Below, one piece after another: positions 9,361-18,665 of a DNA stretch of 47,975 nt. Below the pieces are notes generated by a model. The model made no database searches. It was not told where the DNA came from and was given only the letters and a program-made list of their open reading frames with translations. Origin of the DNA: a virus (taxonomy: Duplodnaviria > Caudoviricetes); IMG/VR virus record IMGVR_UViG_3300037851_000814, positions 1-47,975 of that record; one strand, given 5' to 3'. The stretch's first letter is position 1. Every line of letters begins with the position of its first letter. A program made the position numbers and the translations under genes.

Positions 9361-10554
9361 TTAGCGGAATGATCGGATGACACGAGAGCGGAACGCCCGC
9401 TCGTCTTCTGGCCCCCGTGAATCCCGTTCCGGCGCGTGCCGGCCATCGCCCTTCCGCAACGAATGGTTGCCACTCTTCCCGCGTTCGATCTTCGCCAGGA
9501 CCGCCTTGGCTGCCCGGATGGTCACTTCCTGCCGTTGCTTGGGATGGCACTTCGTCAGATCGATGCCATCACGCTCGGCAATCCGTTCCATTTCCGGGAT
9601 CAGATGCTTGTCGATGCGGTCGTCCAGTATCTGCTTCCTCTTCGCGGCATCGGCCTCCCGCGGCGTGCGGTAGAATCCGATCTCCTTGAGGATCGCCCTG
9701 GTGTTGTCGCGGTACGATTCGACCACCTCTGGCGAGAATGCGTTGCCATCACGCTTGGCGGTGGATCTATCCTCCGCCTCCCGTTCCAGCTTCGCGAGGG
9801 CCAGCGCCCGCTCGCGGGTCATCTGGCCAGACTCCACCGCATCCTCCAAGTCCTTGGGCAGTTGGGGTTCCGTCGGCTTGGCGTCGATCTTGAACTCCAG
9901 CATCTTCCCAAGGTCGAGGTCCGGGTAGCGTTCCCTCGCCGCGGTCGCCGCATCGCGCAACCGACTCCGCAGGGAATCGATGGCACGGAGCGGATCACGC
10001 TTGATGGTTCCCAGCAGATCCACCAGGTCGGCGATGCCTTCCTGGTCGAGTCCACTGTTCTCCAGCATGGTGTTGAATCGCACCCCCAACTCGGCCGCAT
10101 CGCGCATCCGTTCGGCGTCCTTGGCCTTGCGGCGAAGGAAGGCAAACGCCTTGCCCTGTTCCTCGCGTTCCAGTCGCTTGGCGATCTGGTCCAACTCGGA
10201 ATCGGCGAAGGCATCGTCGTCGGATTTGCGGTGGTCACCATCGCTTCCCGCCCGGTCGGGGTCGTCGGCGTCATCGCCATCCTTGCCACCCTTGTCGTCC
10301 ATCGACATCCAGTCGATGGTGTCGTGGTCGCTTGGATCACGATGCTCGTCGTCGTCGGCTGGCGGAGGATCAGCATCCTCCTCTCCGACGAATGCGTCGA
10401 GGATGCGCCTGCGGTCTGGTTCCGGGATTTCGATGGGGGGACCATTGTCGTCGCCGGCCTGGGGATTGCCGGCATCGACCTGACGGTGGGGAACGCCGTC
10501 GTCTTCACCCGCTGCGGCTGGGGGGTCCGCGATACTCCCGCTCGTTTTCGTCAT
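9361..10554 (-). CDS. Putative capsid scaffolding protein (397 aa)
   Basis: Very acidic, disordered N-half and helical C-half, located between portal and capsid. Confidence 0.65.
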   Translation of the reverse strand: MTKTSGSIADPPAAAGEDDGVPHRQVDAGNPQAGDDNGPPIEIPEPDRRRILDAFVGEEDADPPPADDDEHRDPSDHDTIDWMSMDDKGGKDGDDADDPDRAGSDGDHRKSDDDAFADSELDQIAKRLEREEQGKAFAFLRRKAKDAERMRDAAELGVRFNTMLENSGLDQEGIADLVDLLGTIKRDPLRAIDSLRSRLRDAATAARERYPDLDLGKMLEFKIDAKPTEPQLPKDLEDAVESGQMTRERALALAKLEREAEDRSTAKRDGNAFSPEVVESYRDNTRAILKEIGFYRTPREADAAKRKQILDDRIDKHLIPEMERIAERDGIDLTKCHPKQRQEVTIRAAKAVLAKIERGKSGNHSLRKGDGRHAPERDSRGPEDERAFRSRVIRSFR

Positions 10555-10595
10555 GCGGTGAATAGTTGAGCGGTCGGCGTCATTTCGCCAGTAAG
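10555..10595 (-). promoter_or_regulatory. Putative late promoter CTTACTGGCG-N18-AACTAT-N7-ATG (leaderless)
   Basis: Box at 10586-10595, -10-like hexamer at 10562-10567, scaffold ATG at 10554 with no SD. Confidence 0.55.
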
Positions 10596-10596
10596 A

Positions 10597-13032
10597 TCAC
10601 TCCGGCACGGTTCCCGCCGGCGCCTCGCCGACCGGAAGCTCACTGGCTGGTTCGGTGGCAACACCGCCTTCCATGCCAGCCGTGATCGCCTGTTCGGCCT
10701 GTCCGGCCACCTGCATCGCCGCCGCCTCACCTTGCTGGATCGCAACCTCTTGCAGTCGCTGATTCGCCAGTTGCCCGATGTTCGCCAGCAGACGCAATGC
10801 CTCTGGCGTCATGGAATCTGGGTTCTCCTGCATGCTCGACAGGACATCCTGGACCGCGATGTTCGGGTCGATGGTGACCAGGTCGTCCACCTCATCTTCC
10901 AGGTCGAGCAGTTCGGCCAGCAGGCTTGCCGCCGCCTTCGGCGACAGGCGGACACCCAGCTTCGCGAGGAAGTCGCCTGCGGTCGCCATGTTGGCAAACC
11001 GGGTCTGCTTCGCCATCAGGCCGTCGGAGTCGGTCTTCACCCTGACCTGCAACCGCTGGAACAACGACTTGCGGGTCATCGGCTCCAGTTGCCCCCACAG
11101 GCGGAGCGCCTCCTGCTCGTAGATCGCCTGCGCCCGTTGGGCCGGCGTTTCGATGCCGGGGAACTCCATCGCCTTGATCGCCGGCTCCGGGTCGCTCGCG
11201 ACAACGGTCATCTCCTTCGCCACCTGCTGCATGGTCGCCTGCATCAACTCCCGCTGCATGGCGGACGACTCGGCATCACCGTACAACCGCGGCCAGTACG
11301 CCTCTTCCCCGGCGATCAGCTTCACCTGGTTCTCATCCAGGCATTGGATGACGATCTCCGCCATGGAACTGTAGAACATCTGCAACGCCCGGCGCACAAG
11401 CGCCTGCCGGGAGCGGATCATGATGTTGGTGCCGGCCGCCGCCAGTTGCGCCTGGGTCGCGAACTGCACATCCGCCCCGATGTTCCCCATGAACGACTCG
11501 GAGAATCCGACCATCTTGTCCAGCATCTGAAGATTGCCGGACACATCCTCCAGTTGAGGATTCCATGGGTATTCCAACCAGGCGAAGTTGTTGGTCAGCG
11601 AATCGCCGGCCATGTTCAGTCCGGCGATCTCTCCCGGTCCGATCTGACCGATCTTGATCGCCTCCTGCTCGTCCATCGCGCCTTTGTTGTAGACGCCGCG
11701 AGGAGCCGACAGGTCACGGTGCTTCTCGGCGTCGGTCTGCTTCTGGTTGATCCGGGCCTGCTCGTCGGATGCCAGTTCCGTGTCGGACCGGCCAAACCAT
11801 TTCTTCGGCTGGCGGTTGATGACCAGGGGATAGTACGGATACCAGTTGGCCGGCGTGTTGATCGGGGTCCATTCGGAAGCCGGGTAGGACAGGCCCTCGA
11901 CCAGGATCAGCACCTTGCCTTCGTCGCGGATCCACACCTGGCGCACCAGGAACAGTGCGTCATCGTCGCTTGTCCCAGGACCGGACGCCGCCTCGGAAGT
12001 CGAATACGCGCCGCGTTTCTCGCGGTCCACATTCCGGCGAGCCTCTTCGCTCCGCACCTGCCGGTCGCCACTGTTGTCGTAGCTCCGTCCACGGTTGAGG
12101 TCGTCGGGGTGGACGCCGGTGAATCCCTTGTAGTCCTGGTCGTCCAACTGGTATCCGAACCGCGACAGGATGTCCCGCTTGGTCAGGACCAGGTCTTCGC
12201 TCATCCACTTGGCCGAATAGAACGAATCCACCGACTTGACGCGAGGATCGATGCGGAAGCGGTCGAGGTCCACGGTTTCGGCGCAGATCCCCTGCCAGAT
12301 CCGCAGTTGCGTCTGCTCCTGGATCGCCTGCTGCATTTCGACCATGCGAAGGAACCGGCCATCCTGCTTGGTGAAGACGCCGCGACTGTAGTCGCGCAAA
12401 AGCGATTCCACCTCCGCCAACTCGTCCTGCATGTCGTGCAGTCGGTTCTGCGACAGGGGGGTGGTGCGGTAATCGGACTGCCACCACGCCTTGAGGATCC
12501 CAGCACGGTAGCAGGAGGCGTCCCGGACCCAGTCCTCCAGGATCGATTGCGCCTCGATCTCGTCCAGGAGATCCTCGATCACGACATCCAGCGTGTTCGC
12601 GAACCTGACATGCTCGGGCCGGCTGCCCAGGGGGGACTTCTGCCGGCCAGGCGAAGCCACCCGCCGTCGGGCGCGGAAGGTGAAGGTGTGACCGTCCGGG
12701 ATCGTCATGGCGACCGCCCGTTGCGCGGCCCGGAACAGGTGCGGGTTCTGCACCAGGCGAGCGTCGGCCTTGGTCCGCAGGCCGCAGTTGTCGCCGTCCT
12801 GCTGGTTGCGCCTCGCCCTGGCCTCATCGAACGGGAACAGGTCGTGACCGTCGGCGATCACCTGCCGGGAATAATCGCGGGATTCCGGCGTTTCCGCGGT
12901 AGCGTCCCACCACCAGGAGGTATATCGCTCGGTCTCCTGCGGGATCGCTGGCCGCGGCGGCAGTTGGGTGGTCTGCTTCTCGGGATCGGCGTCGTCTGCG
13001 ATCTGGCCGCGGGATGCTTCCTTGTCCGCCAT
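10597..13032 (-). CDS. Portal protein (811 aa)
   Basis: Size and position downstream of TerL. WYPYYPL...WFGRSDTELASDEQARIN and ATQAQL motifs resemble P22-like portals. Confidence 0.75.
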   Translation of the reverse strand: MADKEASRGQIADDADPEKQTTQLPPRPAIPQETERYTSWWWDATAETPESRDYSRQVIADGHDLFPFDEARARRNQQDGDNCGLRTKADARLVQNPHLFRAAQRAVAMTIPDGHTFTFRARRRVASPGRQKSPLGSRPEHVRFANTLDVVIEDLLDEIEAQSILEDWVRDASCYRAGILKAWWQSDYRTTPLSQNRLHDMQDELAEVESLLRDYSRGVFTKQDGRFLRMVEMQQAIQEQTQLRIWQGICAETVDLDRFRIDPRVKSVDSFYSAKWMSEDLVLTKRDILSRFGYQLDDQDYKGFTGVHPDDLNRGRSYDNSGDRQVRSEEARRNVDREKRGAYSTSEAASGPGTSDDDALFLVRQVWIRDEGKVLILVEGLSYPASEWTPINTPANWYPYYPLVINRQPKKWFGRSDTELASDEQARINQKQTDAEKHRDLSAPRGVYNKGAMDEQEAIKIGQIGPGEIAGLNMAGDSLTNNFAWLEYPWNPQLEDVSGNLQMLDKMVGFSESFMGNIGADVQFATQAQLAAAGTNIMIRSRQALVRRALQMFYSSMAEIVIQCLDENQVKLIAGEEAYWPRLYGDAESSAMQRELMQATMQQVAKEMTVVASDPEPAIKAMEFPGIETPAQRAQAIYEQEALRLWGQLEPMTRKSLFQRLQVRVKTDSDGLMAKQTRFANMATAGDFLAKLGVRLSPKAAASLLAELLDLEDEVDDLVTIDPNIAVQDVLSSMQENPDSMTPEALRLLANIGQLANQRLQEVAIQQGEAAAMQVAGQAEQAITAGMEGGVATEPASELPVGEAPAGTVPE

Positions 13033-13117
13033 GCGTCCCCCGAATGGGAAGAGTCACCCGCGCCGTCGATACAGGCACAGCGTGTCGGCAGACTGCCGAC
13101 GGCGCGGGCGTCAGGGA

Positions 13118-13741
13118 TCAGCGGTAGAAGAACTCCAACTGGGCGCGGGCGACGACCATCGCGCCCCCGGTCTCGATGTAGATGTAATCGGCCGGGTTGA
13201 CGATCTTCTTGACGCTTTCGTTCGGGGCCGCAGCCAGCAGGGTCTTCTTGAGCGGGGTGGCGTTGATGACCACCACCTCACCCTTGGGCAGCGGTGCGCC
13301 GTCGCCGATGTTCACCTGGAGGACGCCGCCGACATCCGTGACGCTGAACTCGGTCAGGTCGGCCGGGGTCGCGTCGTAGGTCAGCGGGACGCCGTTCAGT
13401 TCCACGATCCAGTTGTGCGCGGAGAACGCGGCGTAGGTGAACTTCGTGGTGAAGTCGGCGGTGGTGCCGTCGGCGTGGAGGGACTGCGCGTACTGCGCCC
13501 ACGATCCGATGCCCGCCATCTTCGGGTTCGGCCGGCCGACGCCATAGACGGCCAGGTCGTCCGCCCCGTCGCTGGCGATCTCCAGCGTGGCGAGCCGGTA
13601 GGGGGTGTCACCCTTGTCCGATCCCTTCGTGGTCGAGGGACTGATGGCGTCCTGCGCCAGTCCGGTGACGAGGCGGACGATGCCCGACACGCCGTTGACG
13701 GTCGCGCCGGGAGTGACGATGTCGAGGATCTTGGTGGCCAT
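13118..13741 (-). CDS. Putative abundant virion (decoration-like) beta-rich protein (207 aa)
   Basis: ATG 13741 with an AAGGAG SD. Capsid-like codon bias and its own upstream promoter box. Confidence 0.55.
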   Translation of the reverse strand: MATKILDIVTPGATVNGVSGIVRLVTGLAQDAISPSTTKGSDKGDTPYRLATLEIASDGADDLAVYGVGRPNPKMAGIGSWAQYAQSLHADGTTADFTTKFTYAAFSAHNWIVELNGVPLTYDATPADLTEFSVTDVGGVLQVNIGDGAPLPKGEVVVINATPLKKTLLAAAPNESVKKIVNPADYIYIETGGAMVVARAQLEFFYR

Positions 13742-13795
13742 GGGATGCTCCTTGTCCGCAGAGGCGGCGGGATTGCCGTCCGTAGTGACCTCGGC

Positions 13796-13829
13796 AGGGT
13801 CCAGGGTTTGGATGTGGGACGCCAGTAAG
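13796..13829 (-). promoter_or_regulatory. Putative late promoter CTTACTGGCG-N18-GACCCT
   Basis: Same 10-mer box at 13820-13829, directly after a terminator U-tract. Confidence 0.5.
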
Positions 13830-13860
13830 AAAAAAGCCTCCCGGCGTTGAGCCGGGAGGC
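13830..13860 (-). terminator. Rho-independent terminator ending the terminase unit
   Basis: On the minus strand: GCCTCCCGGC-tcaac-GCCGGGAGGC followed by TTTTTT. Confidence 0.85.
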
Positions 13861-13909
13861 CACCCACCGATCACCGCGGAGGCACCCGCGGCGACCCACA
13901 GGCGAGATC

Positions 13910-14332
13910 CTACCGCTTCCGCCGGCGCTTTCCAGCGGATTTCTTGGCCGGGACCGCGGGAGTGTCGGGCGTCTGGCGCTCGGCGGAGACCGTCGGATCG
14001 GCATCCGGCGACTCGGCATATCGACGCCACAGGTTGAAGGAATCGAGGTCCGGCGGCTCGGCATGATCACGCTCCGCTTGCAGCCGCAGCATGCGGATCG
14101 CCCCGCGCACCGATTGGAGGGCCAGATGGCGCTCGCATGTCGGGCAGCCGTGGATCTGCGACCGCGCCAGGAGATCCTCCACGATGGCCAGGAGCATCTC
14201 CTCGCCGACGGCAGGACCACCGCGCAGATCCCGGCAGTTGAGCGATGCCACCGTCTGGTAGCCCACCTGGAGCAGGTATGTGCCACTACCCACTCGCGTC
14301 ACGGATGTCCTCGCCCCGGTGTGGATCTTCAT
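13910..14332 (-). CDS. Hypothetical protein with CxxC (140 aa)
   Basis: AGGAGG SD, directly follows TerL, contains GCPTCERH. Confidence 0.6.
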   Translation of the reverse strand: MKIHTGARTSVTRVGSGTYLLQVGYQTVASLNCRDLRGGPAVGEEMLLAIVEDLLARSQIHGCPTCERHLALQSVRGAIRMLRLQAERDHAEPPDLDSFNLWRRYAESPDADPTVSAERQTPDTPAVPAKKSAGKRRRKR

Positions 14333-14341
14333 GGCGTCCTC

Positions 14342-15862
14342 CTACCACTCGCGTGGATCGTGTTTCAGCCGATTTGCCCGGCGTTCCTCGTCCATGCGGG
14401 CGAGTATGGCTTCCGCGGCCTTCCCGTCAATGATCCCTTTGTTCGTCTGGAGCTTGCCGATCGGACCAACTCCCCGTTCCGTCGGGTCCGACGGATCCTT
14501 GTTCCGGCGCATGATCATCAGTTGGTAGGCCAACCACGCCACCGCATCCACCTGGTCGTCTTCGATCTCGTCCCTTCGCGCCAGTTCGGGCGAAAAGGCG
14601 TCCAGTTGCATCCGCAACGGTTCGATCCATGGCGCATGGTCGGCCGGCAGCCAGACACCTCCACTGTTGAGCAGCACCTGGAGGGGCGTTGCACGGATCC
14701 CCTTGTCTCCCGCTCCAGACGGTTGCACGGCACGGATCGGCAGATGGATGCCGCGGAGGTGCTGCTGCTGGACGCACCACGGCTCGACCGCGGCCCAGAT
14801 CGGACCGCCTTCGATCCAGATCCGATCAAATCCCCACTTCTGATGCATTCGGAATAGTTTATTTACCCACTGCGATGAATCCATCCGCTGGGCATCGACA
14901 TCGAGGATCCAGAAGCGGTTCAGCGAATCGACTCCGCCGACCACCATTGCCGTGCAGTCGCGGTCCTTGTATTGCCGGTCGCCCTGCTCGCTCGCCCTGG
15001 TTGCGGTGTCGACGGCCAGATACAGGTGGCGCATCTTGGGCGGTTGCTCGTAGTGGAGCTTGAGAATGTCGAAGAACCCTCCCTGCTGCCTGGCATTCCA
15101 GTCACCCTCCAGCCAGGCGCGGACCAGCCAGGGCGAGCCGACCAGCTGCAGGCGTCCGATGTATCCTGGATCCGAGTCCATCAGCGCAGGGTTGTCGGCG
15201 ACGAACGATGGGATGAACACCCGCCGGTGGATCGATCCATCCGGCAGCGTGATCGTCTGGATCCGGCCGGGAGGAGCCGGGGCGATGTACCGTTCCTGGA
15301 GCCATCGATGCCCAGCGCCGCCGGGGTTCCCCGTCAGGCGCATCCGCACTGGCACCTGGTGGGAGGACCGCATCGCGCCCCATAGCCTGTCCAGAGCAGT
15401 GGGCGTGGGGAACTGGCCGGCCTCATCGATTCCCAGATAGTTGATGTTGCGTCCCTGGTAGTGGTCGGCATCGGCGTCCCGGTCGAGATAGCGGAACCGG
15501 ATCTGCGTCCGCAGGGCTGGGAACCGCATCTCCTTCTGCTGGACATGCCAGATCCCTCCGGTCGGCTCGTAGAGGGCGCGGGCGCGGTCGATCAGCTCCT
15601 CCAGGTCCGGGTACGACCGCCGGAAGAGGTAGGCATTCGCGTGCCGTTTGTATGTTTCGATATGTTTTCTTGCATCACCCAGCAGGGCGTCAGACTTGCC
15701 TCCGCCGCGGGCTCCGCCGAAGAAAACGTCCTCGACCGGACAGGTGAGGAGCAGGGTCTGCGGTCCCGGCTGCGGCTGCCAGGCTACTGCGCGGGACGGG
15801 GGATCCGCGACCGCGACCGATCCTTCGCCGCGGCGAGTTCCTTGAGCGCCGTCGCTTCCCAT
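14342..15862 (-). CDS. terL: Terminase large subunit (~506 aa)
   Basis: PQPGPQ adenine motif, Walker A GGARGGGKS, Walker B YLGIDEAGQF, TGNPGG coupling motif, and nuclease acidic residues (AVDTA, DDQVDA). Start moved to ATG 15862 (AGGAG SD). Confidence 0.93.
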   Translation of the reverse strand: MGSDGAQGTRRGEGSVAVADPPSRAVAWQPQPGPQTLLLTCPVEDVFFGGARGGGKSDALLGDARKHIETYKRHANAYLFRRSYPDLEELIDRARALYEPTGGIWHVQQKEMRFPALRTQIRFRYLDRDADADHYQGRNINYLGIDEAGQFPTPTALDRLWGAMRSSHQVPVRMRLTGNPGGAGHRWLQERYIAPAPPGRIQTITLPDGSIHRRVFIPSFVADNPALMDSDPGYIGRLQLVGSPWLVRAWLEGDWNARQQGGFFDILKLHYEQPPKMRHLYLAVDTATRASEQGDRQYKDRDCTAMVVGGVDSLNRFWILDVDAQRMDSSQWVNKLFRMHQKWGFDRIWIEGGPIWAAVEPWCVQQQHLRGIHLPIRAVQPSGAGDKGIRATPLQVLLNSGGVWLPADHAPWIEPLRMQLDAFSPELARRDEIEDDQVDAVAWLAYQLMIMRRNKDPSDPTERGVGPIGKLQTNKGIIDGKAAEAILARMDEERRANRLKHDPREW

Positions 15863-16548
15863 GTGTTGCGCTCCTGGTCTGCTGGGACGATGAAGACCGT
15901 CGCCCCCTCGCCGGCAAGAGGGGTGGTGTCGGGCCTGAGCAGTCCATGGTACTTGGCCAGCATCTCCAGCGCCCGCAGCTTGTCGGCATATTTTATCTTT
16001 ATGATGCCATCCCTGTCCTGCACGATCTCCGTGACCGCCGCACGCTGCGCCCGCGACCAGAGGTCGGTCGGGAGGATGGTCACCCGGTAGGCCGCGCATC
16101 CGGCCGGGAGGTCGGCAGCAGTGGCGGGACGGAGGTCGTCTCCCTGCCGCGCATACAGCCTCTCTCCGGGGAGGGCGTCGCTGGGATCGCACTCCACGAT
16201 CCGCAGGATGTCCGAGGGCTGACCAAAGGCGACTGCGGCGAGTTCGCGCAGAACATCGTCCGCGGACTGCTCCAGGTCGCCGAGGCGCTCCTGCACCCGC
16301 CGGCGGATCAGGTCGACGACCGCCGGGCGCTGGCGCATGCGATACCCGCGGGCTGCGAGCGACTGCCCCGATCCCTCTCCCGCTGTGATCCCGGCGGCGG
16401 CGGCGGCAGCGGAGACATCGAAACTGGATAGATACGCCTCCGCGAAGACCTTTTCTTGGTCGTCGGGCTGTCGACACGAGACGGACTTCGACCGCAGGTG
16501 TCGCGTCCTACCAGACTCCCGCTGCGGGTCTCGCCTAGCATGCGACAT
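15784..16548 (-). CDS. terS: Terminase small subunit (~254 aa)
   Basis: QEKVFAEAYL...AAAAAG HTH, VLRELAAVAF and DKLRALEMLAKY motifs. GGGAGG SD before ATG 16548. Overlaps terL. Confidence 0.85.
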   Translation of the reverse strand: MSHARRDPQRESGRTRHLRSKSVSCRQPDDQEKVFAEAYLSSFDVSAAAAAAGITAGEGSGQSLAARGYRMRQRPAVVDLIRRRVQERLGDLEQSADDVLRELAAVAFGQPSDILRIVECDPSDALPGERLYARQGDDLRPATAADLPAGCAAYRVTILPTDLWSRAQRAAVTEIVQDRDGIIKIKYADKLRALEMLAKYHGLLRPDTTPLAGEGATVFIVPADQERNTWEATALKELAAAKDRSRSRIPRPAQ

Positions 16549-16870
16549 GGAGCGCCTCCCTGGTCTGCTCGGACAGCGACGCGACCCACCGCTCCCTGCG
16601 CTCCTGCTCCCGGCGGGCGCGTGCGGCGAGATATGCCCGGCTATGGCCGCCGGCATGGGTGCGCGGCCTGGCTGATGACCATGCGGCATAGAGGGGTCCA
16701 GGGACCGCGCCGGAGTCATCAGGGGACAGGATCCGCTGTCCGAGTAGCTCCGCGAGATAGCGTCGGCAGGCGCAGAGCAGGCATCCGGTGTCGGCGACCA
16801 GGTCCTCCGCCGACGCTCTCCCCTCGGTCAATATCCGGCGGAGGAGGGCGGAGCGCAGCGGCGACGGCAT
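16535..16870 (-). CDS. Small HTH-like DNA-binding protein (111 aa)
   Basis: ASAEDLVADTG...CRRYLAELL resembles a winged helix. Abuts terS. Confidence 0.45.
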   Translation of the reverse strand: MPSPLRSALLRRILTEGRASAEDLVADTGCLLCACRRYLAELLGQRILSPDDSGAVPGPLYAAWSSARPRTHAGGHSRAYLAARARREQERRERWVASLSEQTREALHVAC

Positions 16871-16911
16871 GCCGGATGGTATCCGGTCACCTGCCGCTGG
16901 TCAAGAATCGA

Positions 16912-17241
16912 TCACTTGGTCAAAAACTCCACGATGCACATGACCGTGCCGGCTCCGCCGAGGTCCAGGAGCATGGACATGGCTCCCGGACCCTCCAGGG
17001 CATAGTCGCCCGTCGCCGGGCATGAGATCGCCTGCCCGGTGTAGGGGTCCGTGATCGCCACCGACGCACCAGGCGCGACCAGGCGCACCCGGACGCACCC
17101 TCCCAGTCCGCAGGATGGGACCCAGGCCGGGGCTTCGCCGGCGGGGATCGCGACGGCGATCAGGTCGGCGATGGAGGTCGGGGTCGCGGTCAGGCCGAGC
17201 GGGTAGATCCGCATGGCGCCGGGGACGGGTAGGGGGAGCAT
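16912..17241 (-). CDS. Hypothetical protein (~109 aa), first gene of the late unit
   Basis: 3' part of ORF 16912..18156. ATG 17241 lies 7 nt after a -10-like hexamer. Confidence 0.5.
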   Translation of the reverse strand: MLPLPVPGAMRIYPLGLTATPTSIADLIAVAIPAGEAPAWVPSCGLGGCVRVRLVAPGASVAITDPYTGQAISCPATGDYALEGPGAMSMLLDLGGAGTVMCIVEFLTK

Positions 17242-17281
17242 GGGCCGCATCGTGGCGGGCGACGCGGTCTCCGCCAGTAAG
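17242..17281 (-). promoter_or_regulatory. Putative late promoter CTTACTGGCG-N17-CACGAT-N7-ATG
   Basis: Box at 17272-17281, hexamer at 17249-17254. Confidence 0.55.
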
Positions 17282-18665
17282 GCCTCAACCTGCTGTCGGG
17301 GGCCGATGATCCCCTGGCCGATGTCACCCAGGGGGCGTTGCGGGCGACCAGGATCGGCACCGCGGAGGCCGACCGGGTGGTCGAGTGCCCGCTCCGGCAT
17401 ACCGATTACCGGGTCAGGATCAGCGGCCTCCTGGCGCGGGTGACGGTCACCCAGGTCTTCGTCAACCCGCACCCCGAGCCGATCGAGGCGGTCTACGTCT
17501 TTCCGTTGCCGCACCGGTCGGCGGTGGACGAGATGGTGCTGACGGTGGCCGACCGCCGCACCGAGGCGGTGATCATGCGTCGCAACGAGGCGCGGACCGT
17601 CTACGAGGCGGCCATCAGCGTGGGCCAGACCGCGGCCCTGCTGGAACAGGAGCGGCCCAACATCTTCACCCAGAGCGTCGGCAACATCCCGCCGGGCGGC
17701 GAGGTGCGGGTGGAGATCGGTTTCACCGATGTGTCCGCCGTCGACGGGGTCACCTACGAGCTGGCGCTGCCGCTGGTGGTCGGTCCGCGCTACAATCCCG
17801 GCCAACCGGTGCCCGGCACCGCACCGGTGGTGGCGCCGGAGGCCCGGCGCGGTGGCGGGGCCACCGACCGGGTGCCGGATGGCGACCGGATCAACCCGCC
17901 GATCCTGGCGCCGGGCACGCGCAGCGGCCACGAGGTCGCCATCGCCGTCGAACTGCGCGCCGGAGTGCCGATCGCCGCGCTCGCGTCGCCCAGCCACCAG
18001 GTGGCCATTACCCACAGTGATGCCGCCACCGCCACCGTCACGCTGGTTCCGGCCGACGCCCTGCCCAACAAGGACTTCGTCCTGCGCTACCAACTCGGCG
18101 CCGCCGCGCCCCAGGTCGCGGTGCTGGCCCAGGCCGATCGCACGGGCGGTGGCCACTGCCTGATCTTCGTCCAGCCGGCGACGCTGACCGAGGACCTCCA
18201 GGACGAGCGCCCGCAGGACCTCTGCTTCCTGATCGATGTGTCAGGCTCGATGTCGGGCGAGCCGACCGAGATCGTACGCGGCGCCCTGCGCGCCCTGCTC
18301 GACCACACGCGGCCCGGCGACCGCATCCAGGTCATCGCCTTCGCCGGCCAGGCGACCCCGCTCTTTCCCGACTATCGCGCGGCCGATGCGGCGGCGCAGG
18401 AGGCCGCGCTGGCCTTCGATCAGAGGGGCAACGCCGGCGGCGGCACCGAGATGCTGGCCGGTGTGCGTGCCGCCCTGACCGACCCGCCGGCCGGCCGGGT
18501 CCGGACGGTGATCATGCTCACCGACGGCTTCATCGGCAATGAGGATGAGATCATCGCCGAGGCCGATAAGCGCTGCCACGCCGCCCTGCGGTTGTGGGTC
18601 GTCGGCATCGGCTCCTCGTCCAACCGTCATCTGGTCGACGGGGTGGCGGCGGTATCCGGCGGTCG
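17281..18665 (+). pseudogene. 5'-truncated host-type VIT + vWA domain gene fragment
   Basis: VIT (PLRHTDYRVRISG...AVYVFPLP...LLEQERPNIF) and vWA MIDAS (FLIDVSGSMSG, GGGTEM, MLTDG). The frame is open back to TAA 17278 with no ATG or SD. VIT-vWA-like sequence ends at about ...VSGGR. Confidence 0.85.

Noticed and set aside
10586-10595. Sigma54 promoter reading of the TGGCG box
   Set aside because: No TTGC -12 element at the required spacing in any copy.
13860-13910. tRNA or other RNA gene in intergenic hairpin regions
   Set aside because: No cloverleaf or TTCGA T-loop arrangement seen here or in other gaps, only simple stems.
15863-16477. 711-aa TerL and 729-aa YqaJ as given by the ORF track
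   Set aside because: The extensions overlap other real genes and are low-complexity. SD-led internal starts (15862, 28794) fit better.
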